Notes: generated from the letters alone by a model not told the origin. Positions 18,996-27,760 are shown, counted from the stretch's first letter. The stretch is 64,000 nt of DNA from Thermoflexus sp. (GCA_020724485.1 DYGW01000001.1:2559-66558), one strand, 5' to 3'. Numbers and translations: made by a program.

Positions 18996-21626
18996 CTACG
19001 ATTCGCGGGTCAGCGTGATGGTGAAGGTGCCGGTGGTTGTCTCGCGCTCCAGTCCGTAGCGGCTCACCGCGATCAGGTACTTGGCGGTCTGGGGCAGGAC
19101 GATGTTGCTGAGCAGCGCCTCGTAGGTGCCCCCAGCGGAGCTGTCATCGTTGCTGGCGATCTCGATCCAGCCCGTTGCAACCGACTGGTAGAGGTGCAGA
19201 ACCGAATCCAGGTTGCCGCTGGTGTGGGTGATGCGAATGGTGACAATGTCACCGGCCTGGCCGTCGAAGACGTAGAAGCGCAGGTATTGATCCGCCGTGA
19301 TCTCGCCCGCCTCCGTTTGGCCGTAGCTGAGCGGGACGATTTGCGGCCCGGCTGTGATCACGGGCGAGTCCGGCGAGTCGTCAACGCGCTCCAAGAGTAG
19401 CTCATATGTGCCGCTGCTAGGCTCGGCGTCGGGGCCAACATAGCGCGAGGCGATGACCACGTAGCTGCCGTCGGCGGGCAGTTCGGTGGCGATCTGCGCG
19501 TCGCGAACCTGGCCGGGAACGATGTCGTCATTCGCGTCAATCACCGCGCCGTCGGCGTCCTGTAGCTCCAGGTAACTGTCCAGACTGGACCCGGGCGAGG
19601 CCTTCATCGTGATCTGGATGCGTTCGCCCGCAGAGCCGGTGAAAGAGTACATCTGGCTTGTGGTATCGTCGTCTATAGCGCCATTGACAACAACGTCGTA
19701 TGCCAGTTGGCGCACGCCATTGGCTGGCACTGCGCTTGGTTCGCTCGTGCCAGCGACGGTCAGCGCCAAAATATAGCCCTTGCCCAGGTCATCTGCCGGG
19801 CCAAAGCGGGGTGTCACCAAAACGAGGTATTTCCCGGTTGCCGGGATCGTGACTCCACTCAGCACGCCGGTGTTGCTGGCGTGAAGCTCAGTGAGATTCT
19901 CGTCGGCCAGGATGAGCAGCACGTCAAGGCCTGGGTCGGTCGTCACGGAAATGTCGGCCAGCGTACCAGCGAAGGCCGTAAAGGTGAACAAGCCCGCTCC
20001 TTTTTCGAACACGGTCTGGATCGGCTCATCAGAGACAAGCTGAGTGGCCGAAAGACGGGCGAGCGGCGTCTCAGCGGTCGTTGGGAGAGGGGAGACGGTA
20101 GAAGTGCCGCCAGGCCCCCACAGCGAGAGAGAATACGGCCCGGTAGTGGTTCCTTCTGCCTGATCAAAGCGCGTGGCGACAACAGCGTAATAAGCAGTGC
20201 GCGGCAGAGCGAACTCCAGCCGAGAATCGCGCTCGACTCCCTCCACGATGTCGTCATGCTCGGCCAGCGGAATCCGGCCATCGTCGAGCAGGATCAGCAA
20301 GGGGTCAAGGGCGGAGAGAGAAGAGCCAGCGTCCAGGCTTTTTAGCTCGATGGTGATAAGGTCGCCTTCCTGGCCGAGGAAGACGTAGACATCCATGAAC
20401 TTGGCGTCCGAGATTTCTCCTTCAACCGTGTCGCCGTAGGTGAGCAGAGGCAGGTCTGCGTAGTCATCAGGCAAGACCGGCGCAAATACCTCGCCTGCCA
20501 ACAGTTCCAACACGTAACCACCCGCAGTCGTCCCCTGCGCCTGCCCCTCGCACGTCGCACTGATCAGATACACCCCATCAGCTGGCAAGACATACGCAAT
20601 CTCCGCAACGCCATCCCCATCGCCCCCCTCAGCCAATACCTGTCCGTCCTCAGCTAATACATACAAATAGCTGCTGAGATCGCCCTCAGTCCGGCTCATC
20701 CTGACCACTACCGAATCACCAGTCACGCCAGAGAAGCGATAGGACACAGCAGGGGTTGCTCCATCAATCGTTCCCTGCTGGCTTTCGCCAATCTGGATTT
20801 CCTGATACTCCCCAGCCGCAGATGCTCCCGTCCTGTCCACCGACAGCTCAAACACTCCCCCAGCGCTGCCCACCCCCGGCAACGACACGGCAAGAAAGTA
20901 GACGCCATCGGCAGCTATTGCGGCCCGCAGATTCACCCCTGGCTGCGCCCGCCCAAGCTCATTGAACGCCGAGTCATACAGCACCAGCAAGGGCTGAAAC
21001 TCAGCCATCTGCTGCGGCATGACAACCACTTGCTCACCCGCCACCGCCTCAAACCAGTACAGCCGCAGCGGACTCTGGCGCGTCAACTCATTCGTGAGCG
21101 CCCCCACCACGTTCAGCGGTGCCAGGAAAGGCGCGCCCGCGAGCGAACCCACAACCCCCGCGCCTGGCGACTCACTGCCAGCAGGGAGCGCGGGCTGCGC
21201 CGCCGTCAAGCTGAGGGTAAATGACCCTCCTTCCGGGGGAATAATGCCGCCCGCGTGGGTAGCCTGGACAATATACGAGCCATCCAGCGCGACCTCATAG
21301 CTTAGTCGGGCATTGCGCTCACCCCCACCATTATCGTCCACTGCCAGCGGAGTCCGATCCGCGCTATTCAGCACAAGGAAGGGATCGAGCGAGCCGCCCG
21401 TAACAATCATGGTGATCACAAGCACATCGCTCGCCCGCGCGTCAAAGCGGAAGAAGGCGCTCGGCTGATCAGGGCCAAGATCACCGTCAACCGTCTGACC
21501 GTAGACAAGCTCAACCGGCGCATCCTGGAGCAAGGGGGCTGCCAACACCCACGACCTGCCAACCCCAACATTCTTCGCCAGCAGGACAAGACTGGATACC
21601 AGAATAATCCGCCACAACGCGCGCAT
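18996..21626 (-). CDS. secreted protein made of seven PPC-type repeats (two degenerate)
   Basis: Signal peptide MRALWRIILVSSLVLLA, then the same repeat pattern as 17453-18985. Its stop is 10 nt upstream of that gene's start. Confidence 0.75.
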   Translation of the reverse strand: MRALWRIILVSSLVLLAKNVGVGRSWVLAAPLLQDAPVELVYGQTVDGDLGPDQPSAFFRFDARASDVLVITMIVTGGSLDPFLVLNSADRTPLAVDDNGGGERNARLSYEVALDGSYIVQATHAGGIIPPEGGSFTLSLTAAQPALPAGSESPGAGVVGSLAGAPFLAPLNVVGALTNELTRQSPLRLYWFEAVAGEQVVVMPQQMAEFQPLLVLYDSAFNELGRAQPGVNLRAAIAADGVYFLAVSLPGVGSAGGVFELSVDRTGASAAGEYQEIQIGESQQGTIDGATPAVSYRFSGVTGDSVVVRMSRTEGDLSSYLYVLAEDGQVLAEGGDGDGVAEIAYVLPADGVYLISATCEGQAQGTTAGGYVLELLAGEVFAPVLPDDYADLPLLTYGDTVEGEISDAKFMDVYVFLGQEGDLITIELKSLDAGSSLSALDPLLILLDDGRIPLAEHDDIVEGVERDSRLEFALPRTAYYAVVATRFDQAEGTTTGPYSLSLWGPGGTSTVSPLPTTAETPLARLSATQLVSDEPIQTVFEKGAGLFTFTAFAGTLADISVTTDPGLDVLLILADENLTELHASNTGVLSGVTIPATGKYLVLVTPRFGPADDLGKGYILALTVAGTSEPSAVPANGVRQLAYDVVVNGAIDDDTTSQMYSFTGSAGERIQITMKASPGSSLDSYLELQDADGAVIDANDDIVPGQVRDAQIATELPADGSYVVIASRYVGPDAEPSSGTYELLLERVDDSPDSPVITAGPQIVPLSYGQTEAGEITADQYLRFYVFDGQAGDIVTIRITHTSGNLDSVLHLYQSVATGWIEIASNDDSSAGGTYEALLSNIVLPQTAKYLIAVSRYGLERETTTGTFTITLTRES

Positions 21627-21666
21627 CGCCCGCTCCCTTCAGAATCATCAGGGACTTCCTAACGCC

Positions 21667-21695
21667 ATTTTACGGCAGGCGACACCTCGCCGCAA
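21667..21695 (-). promoter_or_regulatory. sigma-70-type promoter for the PPC-PPC-transporter operon
   Basis: On the minus strand: TTGCGG (21690-21695), 17 nt spacer, TAAAAT (21667-21672). GAAGGGAG RBS before ATG 21626. Confidence 0.4.
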
Positions 21696-21756
21696 CCACC
21701 CCCTACGGTGGGGTGCGTGCAAAGGGTGTCAGCGAATCGCTTGACAGCGGGGCATA

Positions 21757-21856
21757 GACTTCACCCCCTGGCCTCGCTGTGCTCGGCCTTTCCCCCTCTC
21801 CGCGGCGGAGAGGGAGAGGCAAAGCGCGCCAGCGCCGAGCGGGGATGAGGGTGGCC
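21757..21856 (+). repeat. palindromic G/C-rich intergenic repeat, family 2, copy A
   Basis: About 100 bp, roughly 80% identical by eye to the reverse complement of 41631-41733. Central hairpin ccctctccgc/gcggagaggg and outer pairing gctcggc/gccgagc. Confidence 0.65.
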
Positions 21857-21949
21857 AAACGGCCTGACAGATTTTGCACACACTCCTATGGTGCAATACT
21901 TCCCACAAACAGACCTTTTGGCGTCGCTGTGTGCGGGAAACGTCACCGA

Positions 21950-21978
21950 TTGGCACATAGCCCCATTTTTGCTACAAT
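21950..21978 (+). promoter_or_regulatory. sigma-70-type promoter for the ABC transporter operon
   Basis: TTGGCA (21950-21955), 17 nt spacer, TACAAT (21973-21978), with a ~100-nt leader before ATG 22085. Confidence 0.45.
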
Positions 21979-22084
21979 GAGGTTGACTGTGCTCTGTGCC
22001 AACTGTGCCGTCAAGATCGTTGCGACACAGACAACACCAGCGCACAGCCGCAAAGAATTCTATTTAGCCATAAGGAGAGTTCCG

Positions 22085-23392
22085 ATGTTCAAGCGTTTCG
22101 TTGTGCTCATGATTGTTGCCGTACTGACGATTGGCCTGCTGCCAACCGCCAGCGCCCAGGAGGGTGAGGTATGGTGCGGCACCGATCAGCCGGTCACCAT
22201 CACCTGGATCGCCGGCACCGTCGGTGGCGAGCATGAGGCAGCCCTCGCCCTGGCTGACAAGTTCATGAAAGAGGCCTGCCCCAACGTGACGGTCAAGGTA
22301 GTTCAGCGCCCCGAGAGTACCACAGAGACTATCGCGCAGTACCAGCAGTTCTTTGAGGGCCAGAGCAGTGAAATTGATGTCTACCAGATTGACGTGTTCT
22401 ACCCGGCCATGTTCAAGGAACATCTGACAGACATCAGCGAGTATGCCACTGACGAGTTCCTGGCGCAGTTCTACCCCGCCGTGTTGAATGCCTATACGAT
22501 TGAGGGGCGCGTGGTCGGTCTGCCCTGGTTCGCCGGTGGTGGGATGCTGTACTACCGCACCGACCTGCTGGAGAAATACGGTCTCGCCGTGCCGCAGACG
22601 TGGGACGAGCTGGCGGCAGCCGCCAAGACCATCCAGGACGGCGAGCGCGCCGAGGGCAACGCCGCGTTCTGGGGCTTTGTGTTCCAGGGCAAGGCGTATG
22701 AGGGCCTGACCTGCGATGCCTTGGAGTGGCAGGTATCGTACGGCGGAGGCCGCATCCTCAGCCCTGAGGGCGTCATCGAGGTCAACGATCCCGCCACAAT
22801 CGAAATCTTTGACAAGATCGCAAGCTGGGTTAGCGATTTCGTGCCGCCAGAAGTGCTGAACTACCAGGAAGAGGACGCCCGTGCAGTCTGGCACGCGGGC
22901 AACGCTGCGTTCATGCGCAATTGGGGTTACGCCTACACCCTCAGCCAAGCTGAAGACAGCCCCATCAGGGACAAGTTCAGTGTCGTGCCGCTGCCCGGTA
23001 AGGAAGCGGGCATGAGCGCCGCGACGCTGGGCGGCTGGGGTCTGGGTGTGTCCAAGTACTCCCAGAACATCGAGGCTGCGTCCGCGTTCGCCATCTGGCT
23101 GACGTCCTACGATCAGCTTGTGGACTTCCACCTGATGCGTGGCGAGCAGCCAGTCCAGCCTGCGCTGTACGAGGATGCAGAACTGGTTGAGGCGCTCCCC
23201 TATCTCGCCTCGATGGGTAATGTTCTCGAATTCGCGATAGCGCGTCCCGGTGTCGCCGGCGCCCAGTACAATACGGTCTCCGAGAAGTACTACACGGCGG
23301 TGAACAATGTGCTGGCCGGCAGCGTAGACGCTGCCACAGCGATGGCTGACCTTGAGCTGGCTCTCGCCGATCTCGGTTTCGAGTTGCCTTAG
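22085..23392 (+). CDS. ABC transporter substrate-binding protein (family 1, carbohydrate type)
   Basis: Signal peptide MFKRFVVLMIVAVLTIGLLPTASAQ and a family-1 SBP pattern (GLPWFAGGGMLYYRTDLLEKYG). TAAGGAG RBS. The track start 21779 runs through a repeat. Confidence 0.9.
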   Translation: MFKRFVVLMIVAVLTIGLLPTASAQEGEVWCGTDQPVTITWIAGTVGGEHEAALALADKFMKEACPNVTVKVVQRPESTTETIAQYQQFFEGQSSEIDVYQIDVFYPAMFKEHLTDISEYATDEFLAQFYPAVLNAYTIEGRVVGLPWFAGGGMLYYRTDLLEKYGLAVPQTWDELAAAAKTIQDGERAEGNAAFWGFVFQGKAYEGLTCDALEWQVSYGGGRILSPEGVIEVNDPATIEIFDKIASWVSDFVPPEVLNYQEEDARAVWHAGNAAFMRNWGYAYTLSQAEDSPIRDKFSVVPLPGKEAGMSAATLGGWGLGVSKYSQNIEAASAFAIWLTSYDQLVDFHLMRGEQPVQPALYEDAELVEALPYLASMGNVLEFAIARPGVAGAQYNTVSEKYYTAVNNVLAGSVDAATAMADLELALADLGFELP

Positions 23393-23428
23393 CGCGCAAT
23401 CAGGCGTGCGCAAACTAACAGCTTAACC

Positions 23429-23465
23429 GTTGGGGGCAGAGTTGATCTGCCCCCAACCCTTATTT
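23429..23465 (+). terminator. intercistronic hairpin / partial terminator between the SBP and permease genes
   Basis: Perfect 11-bp stem gttgggggcag/ctgcccccaac with a 7-nt loop, followed by ccTTaTTT. Confidence 0.5.
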
Positions 23466-23503
23466 CGCAAGAAACCCTTCTTGTTTGAGCGGAGGCGTTC
23501 CAC

Positions 23504-25414
23504 ATGACCCTGATCCCTCCTGCGACTGGCCGGCGCCGACCCACAGAGCAAGAAGTCATCGCCCTGGAGTTGGTGAGCGGCCTATTGATGATCATCGGAC
23601 TGCTCGCGTTTGCGTATCTGTTCTATGCCATTGCGACGGATGACGGAATCCGCGAAGCCACCCAGGGGCCGGAGATCCCTGGGATAGGCGTGGACATCCG
23701 GCAGGTGGTGCCGGAGGCCGAAGGCGAACAGCCCTATTTCGAACTCAGGCCGATTGCCGGCGGCCCAGCCGATACAACGGGCGTCAAGCTGGGCGACCGC
23801 CTGCTGGAAGTGGACGACACCGATGTGACGGGCATGAGCATCGAAGAAGTCCGCGCTCGTCTCGCTGAAAAAGATGTCAAGCTAGAAGATGATGACTTTG
23901 AGATCACATTGGTTTTCCTCAGACCTTCAGCCGACGGCACCTTTACGGAACAGACCAGGACGATTCAAAAAAACGTCGCGCCCACTGCGGCGATCGCCTA
24001 TCTCAAGAGCTTCGGCTTCGTAGTCCCGCTGATCTTCATTGGCCTGGGCGTTCTGTGCCTGCGTCTGGGAGCGCGCCTGCGCCAGTTCGACCTGGGAGCC
24101 GCGCGCTGGGCGTTGGTCACGTTCCTGTGGCTGGCGATCGGTCTGGTAGTGGGCGCTGTGTGGGCCTTCTGGGTCAACGGCAAGGGAGGTCTGACCGGAA
24201 ACGAGCCGTTTGACTACGGCAAGGCAGTGGCCGGCGCCGTGCCGTTTCTCCTGGCGATCGTCCCTATGGTAATAGCTTACAGATGGCTTGGCGCTGTCAC
24301 TGACCAGCTATTCATCGGCGAAGAAACCCTGAGCGTGCGGCAGACACGGTTCGCCTGGACATTGCTCGTCCCCACGCTGGTGATCCTGGCGCTGGTCGCT
24401 GCGCGCCCCCTGGAGCAGACGTTCATCAAAAGCCTGACCGATGACGAATTCGGCACGAATCGTCCCGCGCGCTATGTCGGGCTGGACAACTATCAAAACA
24501 TGCTGAGTCTCAAGTTCGCAACGGTGAACTGCCGGAAGGACGACAACGGGGAGTGCGCGCGCACGCCCAATGGCTCAATCGTGTGGGAGCCATCGAGCGT
24601 AGAAGAGCTGGAACGCGAGCGGCTGAGGACTCTCACCAGCGAGGAGCGCAAGAAATCAGTCCGTTATCAGGAAGCTACAACCTGGACTCTGCCCGGCGGT
24701 GACACAGGATTGCGGCTGCTCGGCAAAGACCCGGTATTCCTGAACTCAATCTGGAATACGCTACGCTTCACGGCAGCGTCAGTCGTACTTGAACTGACTC
24801 TTGGCCTGATCATCGCCATGGTCGTCAATTCCAGCTTCAGAGGGCGCGGCCTGATGCGCGCGGCAATGCTGGTGCCCTGGGCAATTCCAACTGTCGTCTC
24901 AGCGGTTCTCTGGCAGACCATCATGCGCGGCGACCAGACCGGCATCCTCAACAAGCTACTCATGGACCTGGGACTAGCCTCCAGCCCGGAGCAGTGGTTC
25001 GCCACCACAGGACCATGGATGAGTTCGATCATCGCCGTAGATGTGTGGAAGACGGCGCCCTTCATGGCGCTGCTGCTGCTGGCCGGCCTGCAGGTCATTC
25101 CAGGCGACTTGTACGAAGCGGCCTCGGTAGATGGCGCCTCGAAGGTTCGCCAGTTCTTCTCGATCACGCTGCCGCTGCTGCGGCCCACCATCGCAGTGGC
25201 GCTGATCTTCCGGACGCTGGACGCCCTGCGCGCGTTTGACGTGTTCCAGGTTCTGCTGGACACGACCCGTCCGTCAATGGCGAGCTACAACTACAACCGT
25301 CTGGTGCTCAATCGCCAGGACGGTTACGCCTCCGCCGTAGGGGTGATGATCTTCATCCTCATCTTCATCTTCACCGTCCTTTATGTCAGGTTCGTGGGGA
25401 TAGAGCGAGAATGA
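23504..25414 (+). CDS. ABC sugar permease (MalF-type) with N-terminal TM-anchored PDZ module
   Basis: C-terminal half has the EAA loop YEAASVDGASKVRQFFSITLPLLRP. Residues ~60-150, between TM1 and the next TM cluster, read as a PDZ domain (RPIAGGPADTTGVKLGDRLLEVDDTDVTGMSIEEVRARL). Confidence 0.85.
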   Translation: MTLIPPATGRRRPTEQEVIALELVSGLLMIIGLLAFAYLFYAIATDDGIREATQGPEIPGIGVDIRQVVPEAEGEQPYFELRPIAGGPADTTGVKLGDRLLEVDDTDVTGMSIEEVRARLAEKDVKLEDDDFEITLVFLRPSADGTFTEQTRTIQKNVAPTAAIAYLKSFGFVVPLIFIGLGVLCLRLGARLRQFDLGAARWALVTFLWLAIGLVVGAVWAFWVNGKGGLTGNEPFDYGKAVAGAVPFLLAIVPMVIAYRWLGAVTDQLFIGEETLSVRQTRFAWTLLVPTLVILALVAARPLEQTFIKSLTDDEFGTNRPARYVGLDNYQNMLSLKFATVNCRKDDNGECARTPNGSIVWEPSSVEELERERLRTLTSEERKKSVRYQEATTWTLPGGDTGLRLLGKDPVFLNSIWNTLRFTAASVVLELTLGLIIAMVVNSSFRGRGLMRAAMLVPWAIPTVVSAVLWQTIMRGDQTGILNKLLMDLGLASSPEQWFATTGPWMSSIIAVDVWKTAPFMALLLLAGLQVIPGDLYEAASVDGASKVRQFFSITLPLLRPTIAVALIFRTLDALRAFDVFQVLLDTTRPSMASYNYNRLVLNRQDGYASAVGVMIFILIFIFTVLYVRFVGIERE

Positions 25415-26271
25415 ACAGGCTAACGATCTCCAGAAAAGGGATTGGCGAAGGGCTTGGGCGGGGGCTGTTCTGGCTGCTGGTGCTGGTCATCGCCTTCTAC
25501 ACTATGTCTCCTTTCTTCTACGCGATCAGCATCTCCTTCCGAACCAACGCGCAGGTGCTCATTGCAGCGCGCTACCTGCCAGAAGACCCGACGCTCGTCA
25601 ACTACCAGAACCTCTTCAGCGACAGCGACTTCATGCGCACGATGTTCAACTCCGCTCTTGTTGCCACGGTGACCGTGGTCACCGCCCTGATCGTCGGTTC
25701 CTTTGCAGCCTACGCCCTGGGCCGGGTTCGCTTCAAGGGGCGGATGATCGTGCTCTATACCGTGCTGGCGATGACCATGTTCCCACAGATCTCCATTCTG
25801 TCGGGCCTGTTCGCCATCGTCAACGACTTGAACATCTACGGCTCAACCGCCGCGCTGATGTTCACCTACCCGATTTTCACGCTGCCGTTCACGGTGTGGG
25901 TGCTAACCAGCTTCTTCCAGGGGCTTCCGGGCGAGATCGAGCAGGCCGCGCTGGTAGACGGCGCCACGCCATTCCAGACGTTCTGGCGCATCCTGGTGCC
26001 GCTGACAGCGCCCGCCCTGGTGACAACCGGACTGCTGGCCTTCATCGCCGCCTGGAATGAGTACCTGTTCGCCTTGACGTTCACGCTCGTGAGCAAGGCG
26101 TCGCAAACTGTCCCCGTAGCCATCGCCAACTTCGGCGGCTACGGCTACGAGATCCCAGTCGCGGACCGGATCGCGGCTACGGTCGTGGTGACCGTGCCGG
26201 TGCTCGTGCTGGTGTTGATCTTCCAGCGCCGGATCATCGAGGGCCTGACGGCAGGAGCCGTCAAGGGGTAG
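25411..26271 (+). CDS. ABC sugar permease (MalG-type)
   Basis: EAA loop EQAALVDGATPFQTFWRILVPLTAPAL and six TM segments. 4-nt overlap with the upstream permease gene. Confidence 0.9.
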   Translation: MNRLTISRKGIGEGLGRGLFWLLVLVIAFYTMSPFFYAISISFRTNAQVLIAARYLPEDPTLVNYQNLFSDSDFMRTMFNSALVATVTVVTALIVGSFAAYALGRVRFKGRMIVLYTVLAMTMFPQISILSGLFAIVNDLNIYGSTAALMFTYPIFTLPFTVWVLTSFFQGLPGEIEQAALVDGATPFQTFWRILVPLTAPALVTTGLLAFIAAWNEYLFALTFTLVSKASQTVPVAIANFGGYGYEIPVADRIAATVVVTVPVLVLVLIFQRRIIEGLTAGAVKG

Positions 26272-26421
26272 TCCCTCCGCCGTGCAACAACAGCTTGAGG
26301 CAGAGCAGTGCCTAATGAAGTTTGACATTCAGGACAGGCAACGCGCACCAGGTGTTTTGTAGGGGATGGGTAGCAAACCATCCCCTACAGGCAGTCACCG
26401 ATCATGATCGTCAATTCGCAT

Positions 26422-26453
26422 CAGGCCGCTCGCAACCGGGCGGCCTGTCCTTT
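26422..26453 (+). terminator. terminator-like hairpin after the ABC operon
   Basis: Stem caggccgc/gcggcctg followed by tccTTT. Confidence 0.35.
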
Positions 26454-26460
26454 AGGCGAT

Positions 26461-26489
26461 TTGTGCTGGTAAGGGTGTTCATGTACAAT
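26461..26489 (+). promoter_or_regulatory. sigma-70-type promoter for the 26559 gene
   Basis: TTGTGC (26461-26466), 17 nt spacer, TACAAT (26484-26489). Confidence 0.4.
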
Positions 26490-26558
26490 GCTCACAGCGC
26501 ATAAGGGTTGTGAGCCAATGCTGCCCAAACCGTCTGGCAGCTTGAACAGAAAGGCGAG

Positions 26559-27734
26559 ATGTCAATGATCAAACGCCTGACAGGTCAGTTCAATGTCATT
26601 GGCAAGGCGGCTTTGAGCACCCTGGCGCCATCGTTGTACCGGCTGGGGTTTGTGCTGCTGGGCGTCATCATTGGTCTTGCTTGGGCGTACCAGGGCGCGC
26701 CAATCAAGTTCCGCGATGCAGAGCCGGTTCACCTGGCCGATGGGTACAAAGAGCAGTGGATCAAAATGACCGCCGTAGAGTTCGCTCAGAGCGGTGACAC
26801 TGCAGAGGCCCAGCGCAAGATCGTTGAGGCGGGCGTGACCCCTAAGATGATCCAGGCGCTCATTGACGCCAACGCCACCGACGAGCCGGAACTGGCCGGC
26901 CAGTTGCAGGTCCTGATGGTCATCGCTCAAGATAGCAGTGCAGCGGCGGCCAAGCAGAGCGACAAGGTCAAGGCCGGTTTCCTGAGCGGGGTCTTGGGGC
27001 CGCTGGCGTGTATCGGCGGGACGGCAGTCATCGGGGTGCTGCTGGCTGTGTTCTTCACGTTCTACTGGGCAGTGCCAGTTGGGAAGTGGGCCAGGAGCAA
27101 GCCTGCCCCTGAGATGGCGCTTGGCACCACCGCCCCCATCGGGCCGGGGGGAGCCGGACGCGCGGAAATTGTCGCCATGAAGCGGGCGGCGGCCAAAGAG
27201 AAAACGGACTTCGAATCACGAGGTGAAGCACCTCCGGCGGGGCAGTTTGTGTCCACCTATGTGCTCGGCGATGATCTGTATGACGACTCCTTCAGCATCG
27301 AGACGGCGAAGGGGGAGTTCCTGGGCGAATGTGGATCGGGCATCTCAGAGACGATTGGGGTAGGGGAGCCGAAGAAGGTCACGGCCACCGAGGTCTGGTT
27401 ATTCGACAAGAACGACATTCGCACGGTCACCAAGGTGCTCATGTCAGAACACGCCTACAACGACCCGGCGCTGCGCACCAAACTGGCCCCCAAAGGGGAG
27501 GCTGTTCTGGCACGGCCTGGCGCAGTGACGACCCTTGAGACCGAAACGCTGCGCGTTCAGGTGCGGATCGTAGATATGCAGTACGGCGAGGGACCTCTGC
27601 CGCCTAGAAGCTTCTTCGAGCGGCTGGCCGTCGAGATCGCGGCCTGGCCCAAACAGGCCAGCAGCGCGCCATCCAGCCAACCGCCAGACTCATCGGCGGC
27701 GTTTGGAGATACGGCGGAGTTGCTCAACTACTAA
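26559..27734 (+). CDS. hypothetical two-TM membrane protein with an unrecognised ~190-aa C-terminal domain
   Basis: Long ORF with coding-like composition. TM helices LGFVLLGVIIGLAWAY and GGTAVIGVLLAVFFTFYWAV. I recognise no family motif. Confidence 0.6.
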   Translation: MSMIKRLTGQFNVIGKAALSTLAPSLYRLGFVLLGVIIGLAWAYQGAPIKFRDAEPVHLADGYKEQWIKMTAVEFAQSGDTAEAQRKIVEAGVTPKMIQALIDANATDEPELAGQLQVLMVIAQDSSAAAAKQSDKVKAGFLSGVLGPLACIGGTAVIGVLLAVFFTFYWAVPVGKWARSKPAPEMALGTTAPIGPGGAGRAEIVAMKRAAAKEKTDFESRGEAPPAGQFVSTYVLGDDLYDDSFSIETAKGEFLGECGSGISETIGVGEPKKVTATEVWLFDKNDIRTVTKVLMSEHAYNDPALRTKLAPKGEAVLARPGAVTTLETETLRVQVRIVDMQYGEGPLPPRSFFERLAVEIAAWPKQASSAPSSQPPDSSAAFGDTAELLNY

Positions 27735-27760
27735 CTCAGCGCCCCCTGGGAGAAGAATCG

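Noticed and set aside
17453-21626. Periodic repeat structure that might be mistaken for a CRISPR or other DNA-level tandem array.
   Set aside because: The periodicity is ~315-330 nt, it exists at the protein level only (divergent PPC domains), and it lies within continuous ORFs. There are no short identical direct repeats with unique spacers anywhere in the window.
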